Positions 10,590 to 22,959 of a DNA stretch of 64,000 bases are shown piece after piece (position 1 is the stretch's first letter; every line of letters starts with the position of its first letter). A program made the translations under genes and the position numbers. Source of the DNA: Eledone cirrhosa (lineage: Eukaryota); contig OZ024766.1 of the NCBI GenBank assembly GCA_964016885.1, forward strand, positions 15,562,001 through 15,626,000. Direction: 5' to 3'. Below the pieces are notes generated by a model that saw nothing but the letters and a program-made list of their open reading frames with translations, was not told where the DNA came from and did not search any database.

Positions 10590-11765
10590 AAAAATATACC
10601 TACTCCTTCCAACAAAATATACCTACTCCTTCCAACAAAATATACCTACTCCTTCCAACAAAATATACCTACTCCTTCCAACAAAATATACCTACTCCTT
10701 CCAACAAAATATACCTATTCCTTCCAACAAAATATACCTACTCCTTCCAACAAAATATAGCTACTCCTTCCAACAAAATATACCTACTCCTTCCAACAAA
10801 ATATACCTACTCCTTCCAACAAAATATACCTACTCCTTCCAACAAAATATACCTACTCCTTCCAACAAAATATACCTACTCCTTCCAACAAAATATACCT
10901 ACTCCTTCCAACAAAATATAGCTACTCCTTCCAACAAAATATACCTACTCCTTCCAACAAAATATAGCTACTCCTGCCAACAAAATATAGCTACTCCTTC
11001 CAACAAAATAAATCTACTCCTTCCAACAAAATATACCTACTCCTTCCAACAAAATATAGCTACTCCTTCCAACAAAATATACCTACTCCTGCCAACAAAA
11101 TATAGCTACTCCTGCCAACAAAATATAGCTACTCCTTCCAACAAAATATACCTACACCTTCCAACAAAATATATCTACCCCTTCTAACAAAATATACCTA
11201 TTCCTTCCAACAAAATATACCTACTCCTTCCAACAAAATATACCTACTCCTTCCAACAAAATATATTTACTCCTTCCAACAAAATATACCTATTCCTTCC
11301 AACAAAATATACCTACTCCTTCCAACAAAATATACCTACTCCTTCCAACAAAATATACCTATTCCTTCCAACAAAATATATCTACTCCTTCCAACAAAAT
11401 ATACCTACTCCTTCCAACAAAATATACCTACTCCTTCCAACAAAATATACCTACTCCTTCCAACAAAATATACCTACTCCTTCCAACAAAATATACCTAC
11501 ACCTTCCAACAAAATATACCTACTCCTTCCAACAAAATATAATACCTACTCCTGCCAACAAAATATAGCTACTCCTTCCAACAAAATAAATCTACTCCTT
11601 CCAACAAAATATACCTACACCTTCCAACAAAATATATCTACTCCTTCCAACAAAATATACCTATTCCTTCCAACAAAATATACCTACTCCTTCCAACAAT
11701 ATATACCTACTCCTTCCAACAAAATATACCTACTCCTTCCAACAAAATATACCTACTCCTCTACA
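10590..11765 (+). repeat. 23-bp minisatellite (~50 copies) derived from the N-terminus of a Penelope-like ORF
   Basis: Unit ccttccaacaaaatatacctact; entry reads MDVYELDYSIKNIPTPSNKIY. Confidence 0.9.
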
Positions 11766-12026
11766 AAATTCCTTTTCGCCCGTTTTTTTCAGCCTCACTT
11801 TCATATTTCCTAAATTTTGATTTCAAATCCATATTTAATAAAAACACCATGTTATTTATTCCGACGACTGAAGACAGACACATCTGCCTTCAAAAAACCA
11901 CTGGTAAATGAAATAATTATCTTATGTTGTTTATTACATAACTAATATATATATATATATACATATATATATAAATTAATAAAAACAATGAAATAAAAAC
12001 AAAGAACAATTCCTTATATTAAAAAA

Positions 12027-12161
12027 TTCATCATTTTACGATCGTTTCTGGGATATATATGTGTGTGGTATGTATATCATGTTAAAGATCTATGTAAAAA
12101 TATTACAAATTAATCAGAGGAAATATACCTTCACATACATGCTATCTTCAGAAATGATGAA
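12027..12161 (-). ncRNA. Type I hammerhead ribozyme with ~100-nt extended stem II
   Basis: Minus strand: ttcatcattt-CTGAAGA-(long imperfect hairpin)-GAAA-CGATCG-TA-aaatgatgaa; 10-bp perfect stem I and palindromic stem III. Confidence 0.7.
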
Positions 12162-12283
12162 GTATGTTTATTGAAAAAAACACCTATCAACTTGACCTCT
12201 AACTCTTTTCCGTTGGTCAATTCAAAACCTGTTCCTAAACAGACTTTTTATATTAATTCTTTGTTTTTTTCAATAAATACATC

Positions 12284-12422
12284 TCATCATTTCTGAAGAC
12301 GGCATGTATATGTGAAAGTATGTATATCTCCTCTGATAATGTGTAATATTTTAAAATAGATCTTTAACATGATATACATACCACACACATATATATCCCA
12401 GAAATGATTGTAAAATTATGAA
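12284..12422 (+). ncRNA. Degenerate twin of the extended hammerhead
   Basis: tcatcattt-CTGAAGA-...-GAAA-TGATTG-TA-aaattatga; stem III CGATCG has decayed to TGATTG. Confidence 0.55.
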
Positions 12423-12612
12423 TTGTTTAATATAAGGAACTTGTTCTTTGTTTTTATTTCATTGTTTTTATTAATTTATCTTGACTGTTTTCCTATGACT
12501 TTTATCGTAAATTTTTGAATGCATCTTCTCTTTTCATGATATCTTCTATATTTGGATTACATTGAGTTCTTCATACGGATTGGACACTACCGTATATTTT
12601 GGTAGATTTATC

Positions 12613-12683
<71 letters not shown>

Positions 12684-12757
12684 CCCACTCTACTACCCTA
12701 AGTATTGAGTACTTTGGTGCGTTATGGTCCACCTGGTTCCTTACCACATTACTTTCG

Positions 12758-12824
<67 letters not shown>

Positions 12825-13339
12825 CACATATATATGTCCTTCTTCCTCTTATGTCGTGTATGGCTGATATCTCTAGCATGTTTATATATATGTCCTTCAT
12901 TTTCTCTTGAGCTCCCATTCTCCTCCAAAAGTGTGTGTCTGAGTGTGTAAAATGCAAACCCTGAAAATATTTGTAATGATATAAAAACGAAGGACATGCT
13001 AGAAAGAGCAGCTAAATCACATAAAATATTTAAAAAAAAAACGAAAGGCAGATATACATGCTAGAAATAGCAGTCAAATACCAACAATCAAGACCAAACA
13101 AATTGCACACCCGCAACATTTTTGTCTCGACTTTTGCGATTAAGTAAGACAAGAGTTACCTTTCTTGGCAAAAATCTCGGGGTTTTTTACATTTAATTTT
13201 CTATTGTTTAAAATATTTTCACTGATTTTAAGCCAAAGTTTTTTAATGGCTGCCACTTCCGGTTTGTATTGTGCGTCTACAGGACAGCAGTAAACCTGCT
13301 AGAAATAGCAGTCACAGCAACACACATATCTTTATATAT

Positions 13340-13667
13340 CAGGGATTCCCAACGAGGGGTGCACGCCCCACAAGGAGCAATTTGAATATAATAGGGGTCA
13401 ATATGAAAGTGATATAATACGACCAAACTTCCAGTTACACTTCGTCTACACATGTTATCGTGTATCGGGCAGCACCTACGAGAAGTTTGTTTAGATTTTG
13501 GAGATTGTTTTGATCATCGCTGCATCGTAGCTTTGTTTAAATAAAGGAGTTTTACTTTATATTACAGTAATAACACCTTTACAAGACTCAGATTGTTTTT
13601 ATATTAAAGGGGGACATAAACATATTTTAAATGTGGGGCATGGTGCAGAAAAGGTTGGGAACCACTG
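13340..13667. mobile_element. Non-autonomous hAT (Charlie-like) DNA transposon
   Basis: TIRs CAGGGATTCCCAAC...GTTGGGAACCACTG; 8-bp flanks ttatatat / atatatat. Confidence 0.7.
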
Positions 13668-13761
13668 ATATATATTTATTTATGTCCTTCTTTCTGTTGT
13701 TTTTTAAACTCTAAACTCATCATTGTTCTGCTGTTCTCTGGGATTCTAGCATGCGTGTATA

Positions 13762-13816
<55 letters not shown>

Positions 13817-13818
<2 letters not shown>

Positions 13819-14397
13819 GGTAGTTACGGAGTAGGTAGACCCAGAAAAACCTGGGACGATCTGATAAATTCCGACCTTACACACTTGCACCTCTCTTAGA
13901 CAATATCACTGGACCGGGAGTTTTGGCGCTACGCAGTAATACAGAAGACCCGCCTTGCCTATGTACAAAGCGAAACCTACAGTCAGTAGGCACCTCTTAA
14001 CCAAATATACACCCCAATCCACTACCCTTACCCAATCCTCCCACTCCCACCAACACTACTCTCTCTTTGTAAAGTTGGTACCACAACATCCAGTCCAAAT
14101 ATATGAGATAATGAGATCGAGATCGAGTTTGTGTGGGTGTCACGACAAAAAAAACACACGGTCCACGCTGTAATGTGGCCGTGTAGGTAACACAGTAATA
14201 AGTTCCCAGTCCACACTGTAAATGTGGTTGGTGTTAGGAAGGGCATCCAGCCGTAGAAAACCTGACAGATAGTCCTATATGAGCGAGACACGGTCATCCG
14301 CCCAACCTTGCCTCAAGTGGGACAACTCCCGTCTAACCCATGCTAGCGTGGAAGATGGACGTTAAACGAAGATGATGATGATGATGATGATGATGAT
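13817..14397 (+). mobile_element. RTE family 2, short 3' copy
   Basis: GRPRKTWDDL coding tail, family 3' UTR and (GAT)n. Confidence 0.88.
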
Positions 14398-16322
14398 ATA
14401 TATATATGGCAGTCAACCTCACTTGGCACAGACTCGAAAAAATCGTGATCCTTGGGGTTATAATTAGACTAAAGTGCTTCCACTGGGCACCATAAGCTGG
14501 TTGTGATCGTTGGAGACTGCTCTGGTGGGCCTAAGACTAAAAGATATATATATAGCTGTTGAAACGGCCGGAGCTCAGCCGTCGGGGTCCTGAATATTTT
14601 CATATATATATATATATGTGTTCTGCGACATTTATAATTACATAAGCAAGCATCTAATTATTTGAATAACAAAATTTCAGGTTTAAATACTTTATTTTTT
14701 ACCAATAACATTAAGAAAGGCATGAACAAAAACACATGTTAATTACTTCAATATTGAAAGTAGGTTTATGAATATTAAATTTCAGTAGTTTCTTATAACC
14801 TTCATGGTGGTCTGGTGGGAGATACCAGAGATGGTGGAGGTCCTGCTCTGGGGTTCAATCCTGGCCAGGGGTGTTTATCACAAAGGGGGTTCATACTAAA
14901 CTTCTTCAGTGTTTCTTATCTCTAGAGACAAATATATATACATAAGGTAATCTGGTAAAGTTGTTAGAACATCACATAGAATTCTTTGTAGTATTTTTTC
15001 TAGTTCTTTAATCTGAGTTCAACTTTACCTTTCTTCCATTCGGGGTTGATAATAAAGTACCAGTCAAATACTAGGGGTTATCTCACTCTCTGTCTTTCTC
15101 TGGAAGAAATCTGTTTTCTTCCGACCTGGAGAAGTTTTTTTTTCTAGAGAGAAAGAGAGACTTTTGTTATGTATTTAAACGTAAATTTTTTTCACTGAAC
15201 TTTGAATTCCTTTTTCTTCTCTTTAGATTGAATAAACCTTAACATTTTACGTCTACAATTATATTTACCTTAACTCATGTTAATCTTTACAGTCAAGGAC
15301 CTGTTTATACTCCATCATATAAACACATCAATCTTGTTTTGTTTTTCTTGCACTGATGGAGTCATAGGGGTGTCACTGTGGACATTTGAAGCTTGGTGGA
15401 GCCCTTCACTCACCAGGTTGGAACAGTTGATTTCTTCCAGAGAAGGAGAGAGAATGAGAGAGAGGAAGTGAGATAAAAATATAGAGAGGATGAACAGACC
15501 CCTGTGGTAGACTGGTACTTTTTTGTTATCAACCTTGAATGGATAAAAGGTAAAGTTGACCTCAGCAGGATTTAAACTCAGAAAGCAGAGAACCAGAACA
15601 AATATGGCAGAAAGCATTCTATCTATTGTTTTATAGACATTAAATAAATGTTTCTACTTTTAACTCAACCCCAGTGCATTACTGGTACTTTATTTTACTG
15701 AACCTCTGAGGAAGAAGAGTAAAGCTAGCCTCAGCAGGATTTTAATACAGAACGTAAAGGGATGTAACTATATGACACAAAGCATATCGTCTGACACTCT
15801 ACTGATTCTGCCAATCCACCACCATCACCAATAAAATAAAATTGTGTCTCTATAAGAAACCTTAATGACAAATAATATGAAGTAGAACTTTCTACAGGGT
15901 GTATTTGTGGATTACAATACAAAACCTGAGAATGATTTCTAACATATTTCACCATAATTAAATTTCATTAATATATATTATTATTATTATTATTTATTAG
16001 GTCAGGTGGATTTGCCAGAACAATTGTACACTTCTTTTTTAGATATCATGATCTTCCATGGCATTCCTGAGATCATTAATCTCCAGCTAGACATCCAGAG
16101 ACATCTGATCTATGTAGGTCAATCTCAGTCATCCCACTAGGGTCTTACTATGTTTAGGTATCTACCACAGGAAACAGCTCATCAGGTCATCCTACCCGCA
16201 GAAACAATATATATATATATATATACACACAGACAGACACACATATATATATTTATTTTCTTCTTTCCAGAGTGTGTTTGTATATTTGTGTGTTTCACAT
16301 TTCACAGTGATGGGGTTTATCA

Positions 16323-16574
16323 CTAGTGTTGACTACATTTGTGAACAACCAGCGAAGTAATCCATGTGAAAGATTTCTCACATATTTCATAATGGAAGGG
16401 TTTTTCACCAGTGTGACTCCGTATGTGGATGACATGTTTAGAATTATAAGTGAAAGATTTCCCACATATTTCACAATGGAAGGGTTTTTCTCCAGTGTGT
16501 ATTTTCTCGTGTGAGGTTAGATTCAGTTTTGAAGAGAAAGTTTTCCTACAAATCTCACAGCTATATTCAGACAT
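16323..16574 (-). pseudogene. C2H2 zinc-finger copy B (3 fingers, third with Cys->Tyr); probable pseudogene or mini-ZNF
   Basis: 83-aa [12 protein letters not shown]...; finger 2 lacks the helix Leu; finger 3 reads FHYEICEK. Confidence 0.7.
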
Positions 16575-17101
16575 ATTTCTAGCTAGTGATTAAGATATGT
16601 AGATATGGTTAATAGATACCATGTAGTCTAATATACAAAGGGTCCATAAAAGACTGCAGAACTCCGCTTTCTTCTTCTACAAAGTTGTAATGTAGCATTC
16701 AGTTGGTACAGGTAATAAGACATATGACAGCGTAAGACTGATCTTGGATGAAGAAAAAGCAAGTGCTTATATATATATATATATCATCATCATCACCGTT
16801 TTAGGTCCGTTCTTCCACGCTAGCATGGGTTAGATGTGTTGTCCTGTTGTGGGCAGTGTCCGGTCAGCTGACCTTGTCTTGCTCATACGGGAACTGATTC
16901 TGGCTTGATTTCTACAGCTGGATGCCCTTCCTAACACCAACCTCATTTACAGTGAGTGCTGGGTGCTTTATATATATATATATATATATATACATATATA
17001 TAAGTGATTATTGTGGAGTATACCACTATTATTTTTGCTAAGGTGAGAGAAGCTCTATTCATACTAAAATCCTTAGCTCACAAAACCGACGAATAAACTT
17101 C

Positions 17102-17417
17102 TGTGGCAGTTGCCTCCCTTGTTGTGACTCACAACCCCAATAGATTAACAACATCTAGATGGGAAGTAGAACCCTTTCTGTAACTTCCAGTCAGAACACT
17201 ATAAAACTAACAACTTTAAGTTCGCACTCTCTCATTTGCCCTTCCGGCGCCTGGCCTTCGCCAGGCGTCCCGCATTTGCCTGGCAATCAAAACGGTAACT
17301 ACTAACTTTGCTTCATTCTTTCGTCTATTCATTGACATGTCAACTATACTGTTAAATTGTTGATTAAATATTATACACACAAACCATGTCTCCTTGTTAC
17401 ATTCATACACCGCTATA
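17102..17417. mobile_element. Solo LTR (Gypsy-type, 316 bp)
   Basis: TGTGGCAG...CCGCTATA termini; 4-bp TSD CTTC at 17098-17101 and 17418-17421; absent at the paralogous sites near 175 and 28552. Confidence 0.75.
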
Positions 17418-18329
17418 CTTCTATAGTTAAGGTTCTTGTTATTGAGGACAGTTCAGGTGACAAGAGAATTAATATCCATAATTTCAAAAGATGAAGGTTA
17501 ATATATATACACACATATATATATATATACAGACATACAGTGTGTACGTATGAGAGAGAGAAATAGACGTGTGTGTAGAAATGTGTGTACGCGTTGTAAT
17601 AATCAAGATATTTCACTTTAGATACTAGAAAAGTTCACAATGTTTGTGTTGTGATGGAAAATGAAATAATACGTACTTTAGTTGTCAAATAAAGTCAAGA
17701 AAATTTAGTAAAAACTAATTATTCACAGATTTCTGATTAAAAAAACATTTTCCTGTCCTGTAAAATGATCAGATGGCAGAAGTTGGGCAGTCTGGTGTTT
17801 CTTGTTATGTAATTCTACCAGAATCTCTTCAGGAGCCTTCGAGATGTTGGTCCAGGCAGTGTTGATCTGGTTCTCTATCAGTGTGGGTGTAATTCCAGTG
17901 ACGTCCGAGTAGAGACTGTCGTAGTTGAGATGTCGGTGGGGTCGGTTGTTGTAGGCCTCTCTGGTAATAACACAAAACTCTTTTCCCTTGTCCGATGAGA
18001 GGTATACAAGGTTCTTATATCTGAGGTTAACTTAGGGTAGCGAGTTGTGGTCTGGAGAGGTTGTGGTGAATATGGGTGTGTATTTGTAGGATCTCGAGAA
18101 TAAACTCTCACGGTTAAAACTTACCATGACTAACATCCTACAAAAACACACACATACTCCCCACAACCTCTCCAGAGGTGAAAGCAGTGATTCATTGCTT
18201 AAACTTTAATCTGTTCTTATAATATATATATAACCAAGTGAAAAGATATATACATATATCTTTTCACTTGGTTATATATATAGAGAGAGAAAGAGCCAAA
18301 TATTGTATAGAATATATGATATATGGGTC

Positions 18330-18331
18330 TT

Positions 18332-18362
<31 letters not shown>

Positions 18363-18575
18363 CTTTGTATTTGGTTGTTATGTCTCTCTCTCTATATATA
18401 TATATATCTTTGTATTTGGTTGTTATGGCTCTCTCTCTATATATATATATCTTTGTATTTTGTTGTTGTCTCTCTCTCTCTATATATATATATCTTTGTA
18501 TTTGGTTGTTATGTCTCTCTCTCTCTATATATATATATATATCTTTGTATTTGGTTGTTATGTCTCTCTCTCTCA

Positions 18576-18611
<36 letters not shown>

Positions 18612-18628
18612 GTGGGTTGTTATGGCTA

Positions 18629-18665
<37 letters not shown>

Positions 18666-18690
18666 CTTTGTGTATGGTTGTTATGGCTCT
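18330..18690 (+). repeat. Compound minisatellite (CT)n(AT)n-ctttgtatttggttgttatg, ~8 copies
   Basis: Direct inspection. Confidence 0.85.
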
Positions 18691-18834
18691 GGATAAAGTC
18701 TATTGAGCTTCCTTATTGAGAAACACAAACATATATGAGTCGTTATATACTCAAATAATTGTTTCTACTTTAGGCACAAGGCCAGCAATTACCCAGTGCA
18801 TTACTGATGAATCAAAACACATCAAATATGGATT

Positions 18835-19015
18835 GGCAGTATTGGTAGAGGGTCGGACGCCATGCTTTGACACATAGAGTTACGGCTCTTTCCATTCTGA
18901 GTTCAAATCCCACCAAGGTCAACTTTGCCTTTCATCCTTACGGGGTCGATAAAATAAAGTACCAGTAATACACTGGATAATTGCTGGCTTTGTGCCAAAA
19001 GTAGAAACAATTATT
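18835..19015 (+). mobile_element. tRNA-derived SINE (Meta-domain-like core)
   Basis: A box tggcagtattggtag, B box gagttcaaatcc, ctttgcctttcatccttacggggtcgataaaataaagtaccag. Confidence 0.75.
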
Positions 19016-19019
19016 TGAG

Positions 19020-19185
19020 TATATATATATATATATATAGTAATAATAATAAATTTGAAGACTAAAATCCAAAGAGGGCTCGAAAAGGATAAATATATAT
19101 CAAATATATAAGAACCTTAGAGCAAATATTTATTAAAATAACAGATTAAAGTTTAAGCAAAGAATCGCTGCTTTCACCCTTAAGT
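19020..19185 (-). mobile_element. Solo fragment of the Penelope-2 terminal repeat
   Basis: Reverse complement of 48724-48867. Confidence 0.75.
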
Positions 19186-19194
19186 GTTATTTTA

Positions 19195-19232
<38 letters not shown>

Positions 19233-19429
19233 GGTGGTCATCGATCTGTCCAGTTCGTTTGTCTACCAAAATATCAGGAAAAAATTATACATTTTCTATG
19301 TATTTTCTCTAAGGAGAACATGTTTTGCTTCCTGTCATACATAAAACTTTGCATCTTCGAAATATATTTAATGAAATAAATAGAGATGATATAAAGTATA
19401 TATCTTTCGTTTATTACTAATATATATAT

Positions 19430-22400
19430 ATCATCATCATCATCATCATCATCGTTTAACGTCCGTGTTCCACGCTTGCATGGGTTTGGACGGGGGTTTT
19501 CCCACTTGAGGTAAGAGTGATTGTCTTGCTCGCATAGGACTGTCTGGCGGGTTTTCTACAGCTGGATGCCCTTCCTAACACCAACCACATTTACAGTGTG
19601 GGGCTGGGTGGTTTTTACCGTGTTGCCTACACGGCCACATTACAGCGTGGACTGTCTGGCGGGTTTTCTACAGCTGGATGCCCTTCCTAACACCAACCAC
19701 ATTTACAGTGTGGGGCTGGCAGGTTTTTACCGTGTTGCCTACACGGCCACATTATAGCGTGGACTGTGTGTTTTTTTTTTGTCGTGGCACCTACACGATC
19801 TCATTTGTTTCGGCCTGGATGTTGTGGCACCAACATAACTTTACATTGAAAGGGGCGGTGTGGATGGGGTGGGGGTGGTGGGACGGGGATGTATTTTGTT
19901 AGAGATGCCTACTGACTGTAGTAGGTTTTACTTTGTATTTAGGTAAGGCGGGTCTTCTCTATTACTGAGTACCGCCAAAGGTCTCGGTCCAGTGACATTG
20001 TCTTGGAGAGGTGTAAGTGTGTGAGGTCGGAATTTATCAGCTCGTCCCAGGTTTTTCTGGGTCTGCCTACTCCGTAGCTACCGTCTATCTTTATTGCCCT
20101 GCACTTTGTTATACAGCTGTCGTCTTTCATGCGCATCACGTGACCATACCAACGTAGCCTTCTCTCGTGTAAAGAACATCTGATCCCTCTTATTTCTAAT
20201 TTTTTCCTTAGTTCGCTTATGCTTTGCCGTTCACGTATGTTACTATTACACATCCAGTGGAGCATGCAAGCTTTGTTCCTCTCTAGTCTGCGTATATCCT
20301 CTGCACACAATGCCCAGGTCTCACTGCCATGCAACATTGCTGTTCGTATGCAGGCATCATACAACCTGCCTTTCATTTTTAGGGAGAACCCTTTAGTGGC
20401 TAATAGTGGTATAAGCTCTCTGAACTTTTTCAATCCAGTTCGGACTCTAGCTACTGTACTTTCAGAGCACCCTCCCCCACTGCTGATTTTGTCACCCAGG
20501 TAACGGAAGCTATCCACTATTTCTATAGAACCCTCTGCGCAATTGAAAGAGCTAGTATTTTGTGGGCACTTGCTGCTACTTATTGCACCAGAGTACCGGC
20601 CACATGTAAAATCTATGTTCTTAGTTAGCTTACCTGTGATCCCACTACATCTTTTATGCACCCATACTTTGCATTTGGGACATAACATGGAGTTTCTACC
20701 TACGCCTTTCCTACACACTGAGCATGGCCATTTCCCGGAAGGGACCGTCGCCTTATTTTCTTTCCTACAAACTAGAACTTTAGTCTTAGCCAGGTTAATT
20801 TTAAGCCCTGTTGATTCTAGGCCATGCTTCCATGTTTGGAATTTCTTCTCTAGCTCGGCCATTGATTCAGATATGAGCGTTAGATCATCTGCGTATAGGA
20901 GTTCCCATGGGCAGCCGGTTTTGAACTCCACTGTTATAGCCTGAAGGGCAATAATAAATAGTAGGGGGCTAAGAACACAGCCCTGATGTACACCAACTTT
21001 TACACTAAACTCTTCACTATATTCGTTGTTAATTCTAACCTTGCTGACTGTTTCTTTATACATGGCTTGTATAGCTCTCACAAGCCATTCGTCAACACCT
21101 AGTTTTCTAAGAGCCCACCAGATAATGGAACGGGGGACTCTGTCGAAGGCTTTTTCCAAGTCAACAAAAGCTAAGTATAGGGGTTTACTTTTAGCTAGGT
21201 ACTTCTCCTGTAGTTGTCGTACAATGAAAAGAGCGTCTGTGGTACTTTTGCCTGACACAAAACCGAACTGCATTTCATCTAGATCAATTCTCTCTCTGAT
21301 TAGTTGCGCTATAACTTTTTCCGTGACCTTCATGACCTGGTCGATTAATTTAATGCCTCTATAGTTACTCCTATCTAGGGCATCTCCTTTACCCTTGTAA
21401 CAGTTAATGATGATGCTGCTACGCCAGTCCTTCGGAACAACCCCATTCTGTATGACTTGGTTTACTATCCGGGTGACCATGGTGTGTCCCACCGTTCCAG
21501 AGGCTTTTAGCATCTCAGCAACTATTTCTGAAGGCCCAGCCGCCTTACCCATCTTCATATCTTTGATTGCCTTACTTATTATACTACCTTCGACTAACAC
21601 TGCCGGTCCCTCTATTGGGTCGATGTGGGGGAGACTGTCTTTCTCCCATTTATTCTCCTCATTTAGAAGCCTTTCGTAGTGACACTTCCAAGCTACCTTC
21701 TTATCAGCGTCAGTGATGGCAAGTACACCATCATCATTAAGTACACACTTCTCCCCGACAATATCACGGTTTTCCTTGACACATTGCCTAGCAATCCTGA
21801 ACACCTCACGTTGTAGAACATGCTTGAACTTTCTTTCCTCTGCTTCTCTTCTTGAGAAGTACACTTGTCTCCTAGCTTCCCTCCTGGCCACCTGATAGTC
21901 TTCTCTACTTCCCCCATACTTTCCAAGCCTGCTTTTTGGCCTTAATTGACTCCTCCACCACCATGTTACTCTCCTCCTACCTACAAGCCTGCTCCAGCCA
22001 CAGACTTCGTTTGCCGCCATCAGCAGGTTTGCTTTCAGGAATTCCCACTGTTCCTCTATATTATCTGACTCTAATTGCTCTTCCTTACTGTCGAAAGCAT
22101 CAAGTAACATGCTTTGGAATTTATTTCTGGCTGTGGGGTCCTTTAACTTCCATATTTTTCTCCTGAGGATAGTCCTCTTCTGTTGTCTAGTACGTCTCGT
22201 CCTGACTATGAGGTCGCTAATTAGCAGACTATGTTGGGAGGTGCATTCTTCATGGGGGAGGGATTTAGTGTTTACAATAGACACTCTGTCACGTCCTCTG
22301 GTAAGGATATAATCTACCTGGCTGGTATGTTCCCCCGATCTGTAGGTGATCAAGTGATTGTCTCGTTTTTTGAAGTTAGTGTTACAGATAGTTAGGTTAT

Positions 22401-22959
22401 TTGCATCACAGAATTCCAGGGTTCTGGAGCCTTCCTCATTTCTAGTACCAAACCCATAGCCTCCGTGGATTCCGTCATAGCCGTCACAATGTTGACCAAC
22501 GTGGCCATTTAGGTCGCCTGCAATAATTATATAGTCACTGTCGGTTATTTGGGAGGTACTGAGCATCAGTGTCTCATAGAATCTGTCTTTTATAGCGCCA
22601 GGGAGTCCGGATTGGGGCGCGTATGCCGATATTACTGTCACAGTAGTTCTATTTAGAACAAGTCTTATTTTAATTATTCTGTCATTTACTCTATTTACAT
22701 CTATTATCTTATCCACCCATTTTTCTGCTAACATGATTCCTACTCCACCCAGCCCATTGTCATTTCCCACACAGAAGAGCTTATAGCAACGTTTTTTACC
22801 CACAATGAATCTAGCAGATCCGCCCCTCCACCTGGTCTCTTGTATACAGCAAACATCAACCTCCTTATGTTCAAGCATTTCTACAACCTCGTTAGAGCGG
22901 CCTTTTAAGGTGCCTACATTTATGGTACCAATTCTGAAGTTTTGGATTGTGTTTGGAGG
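19430..22959 (-). mobile_element. RTE family 2, longest copy (5' UTR missing)
   Basis: Open APE-RT ORF, 3' UTR with an internal ~113-bp duplication, (GAT)n tail. Confidence 0.95.

Larger units (their letters stand above)
11971..12479. repeat. ~210-bp inverted repeat with ~80-bp spacer, probably an inverted Penelope-like terminal repeat
   Basis: 11971-12180 is the reverse complement of 12263-12479 with scattered mismatches; each arm holds a hammerhead. Confidence 0.8.
14803..17760 (-). repeat. Segmental duplication, ZNF unit copy B
   Basis: Reverse complement of copy A; upstream part also matches 28216-28886. Confidence 0.9.

Noticed and set aside
10357-11187. 276-aa repetitive ORF
   Set aside because: It is the 23-bp minisatellite cycling through three frames.
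20219-22312. Antisense ORFs over RTE, Penelope and ZNF coding regions
   Set aside because: They are shadows of real coding frames with no independent evidence.
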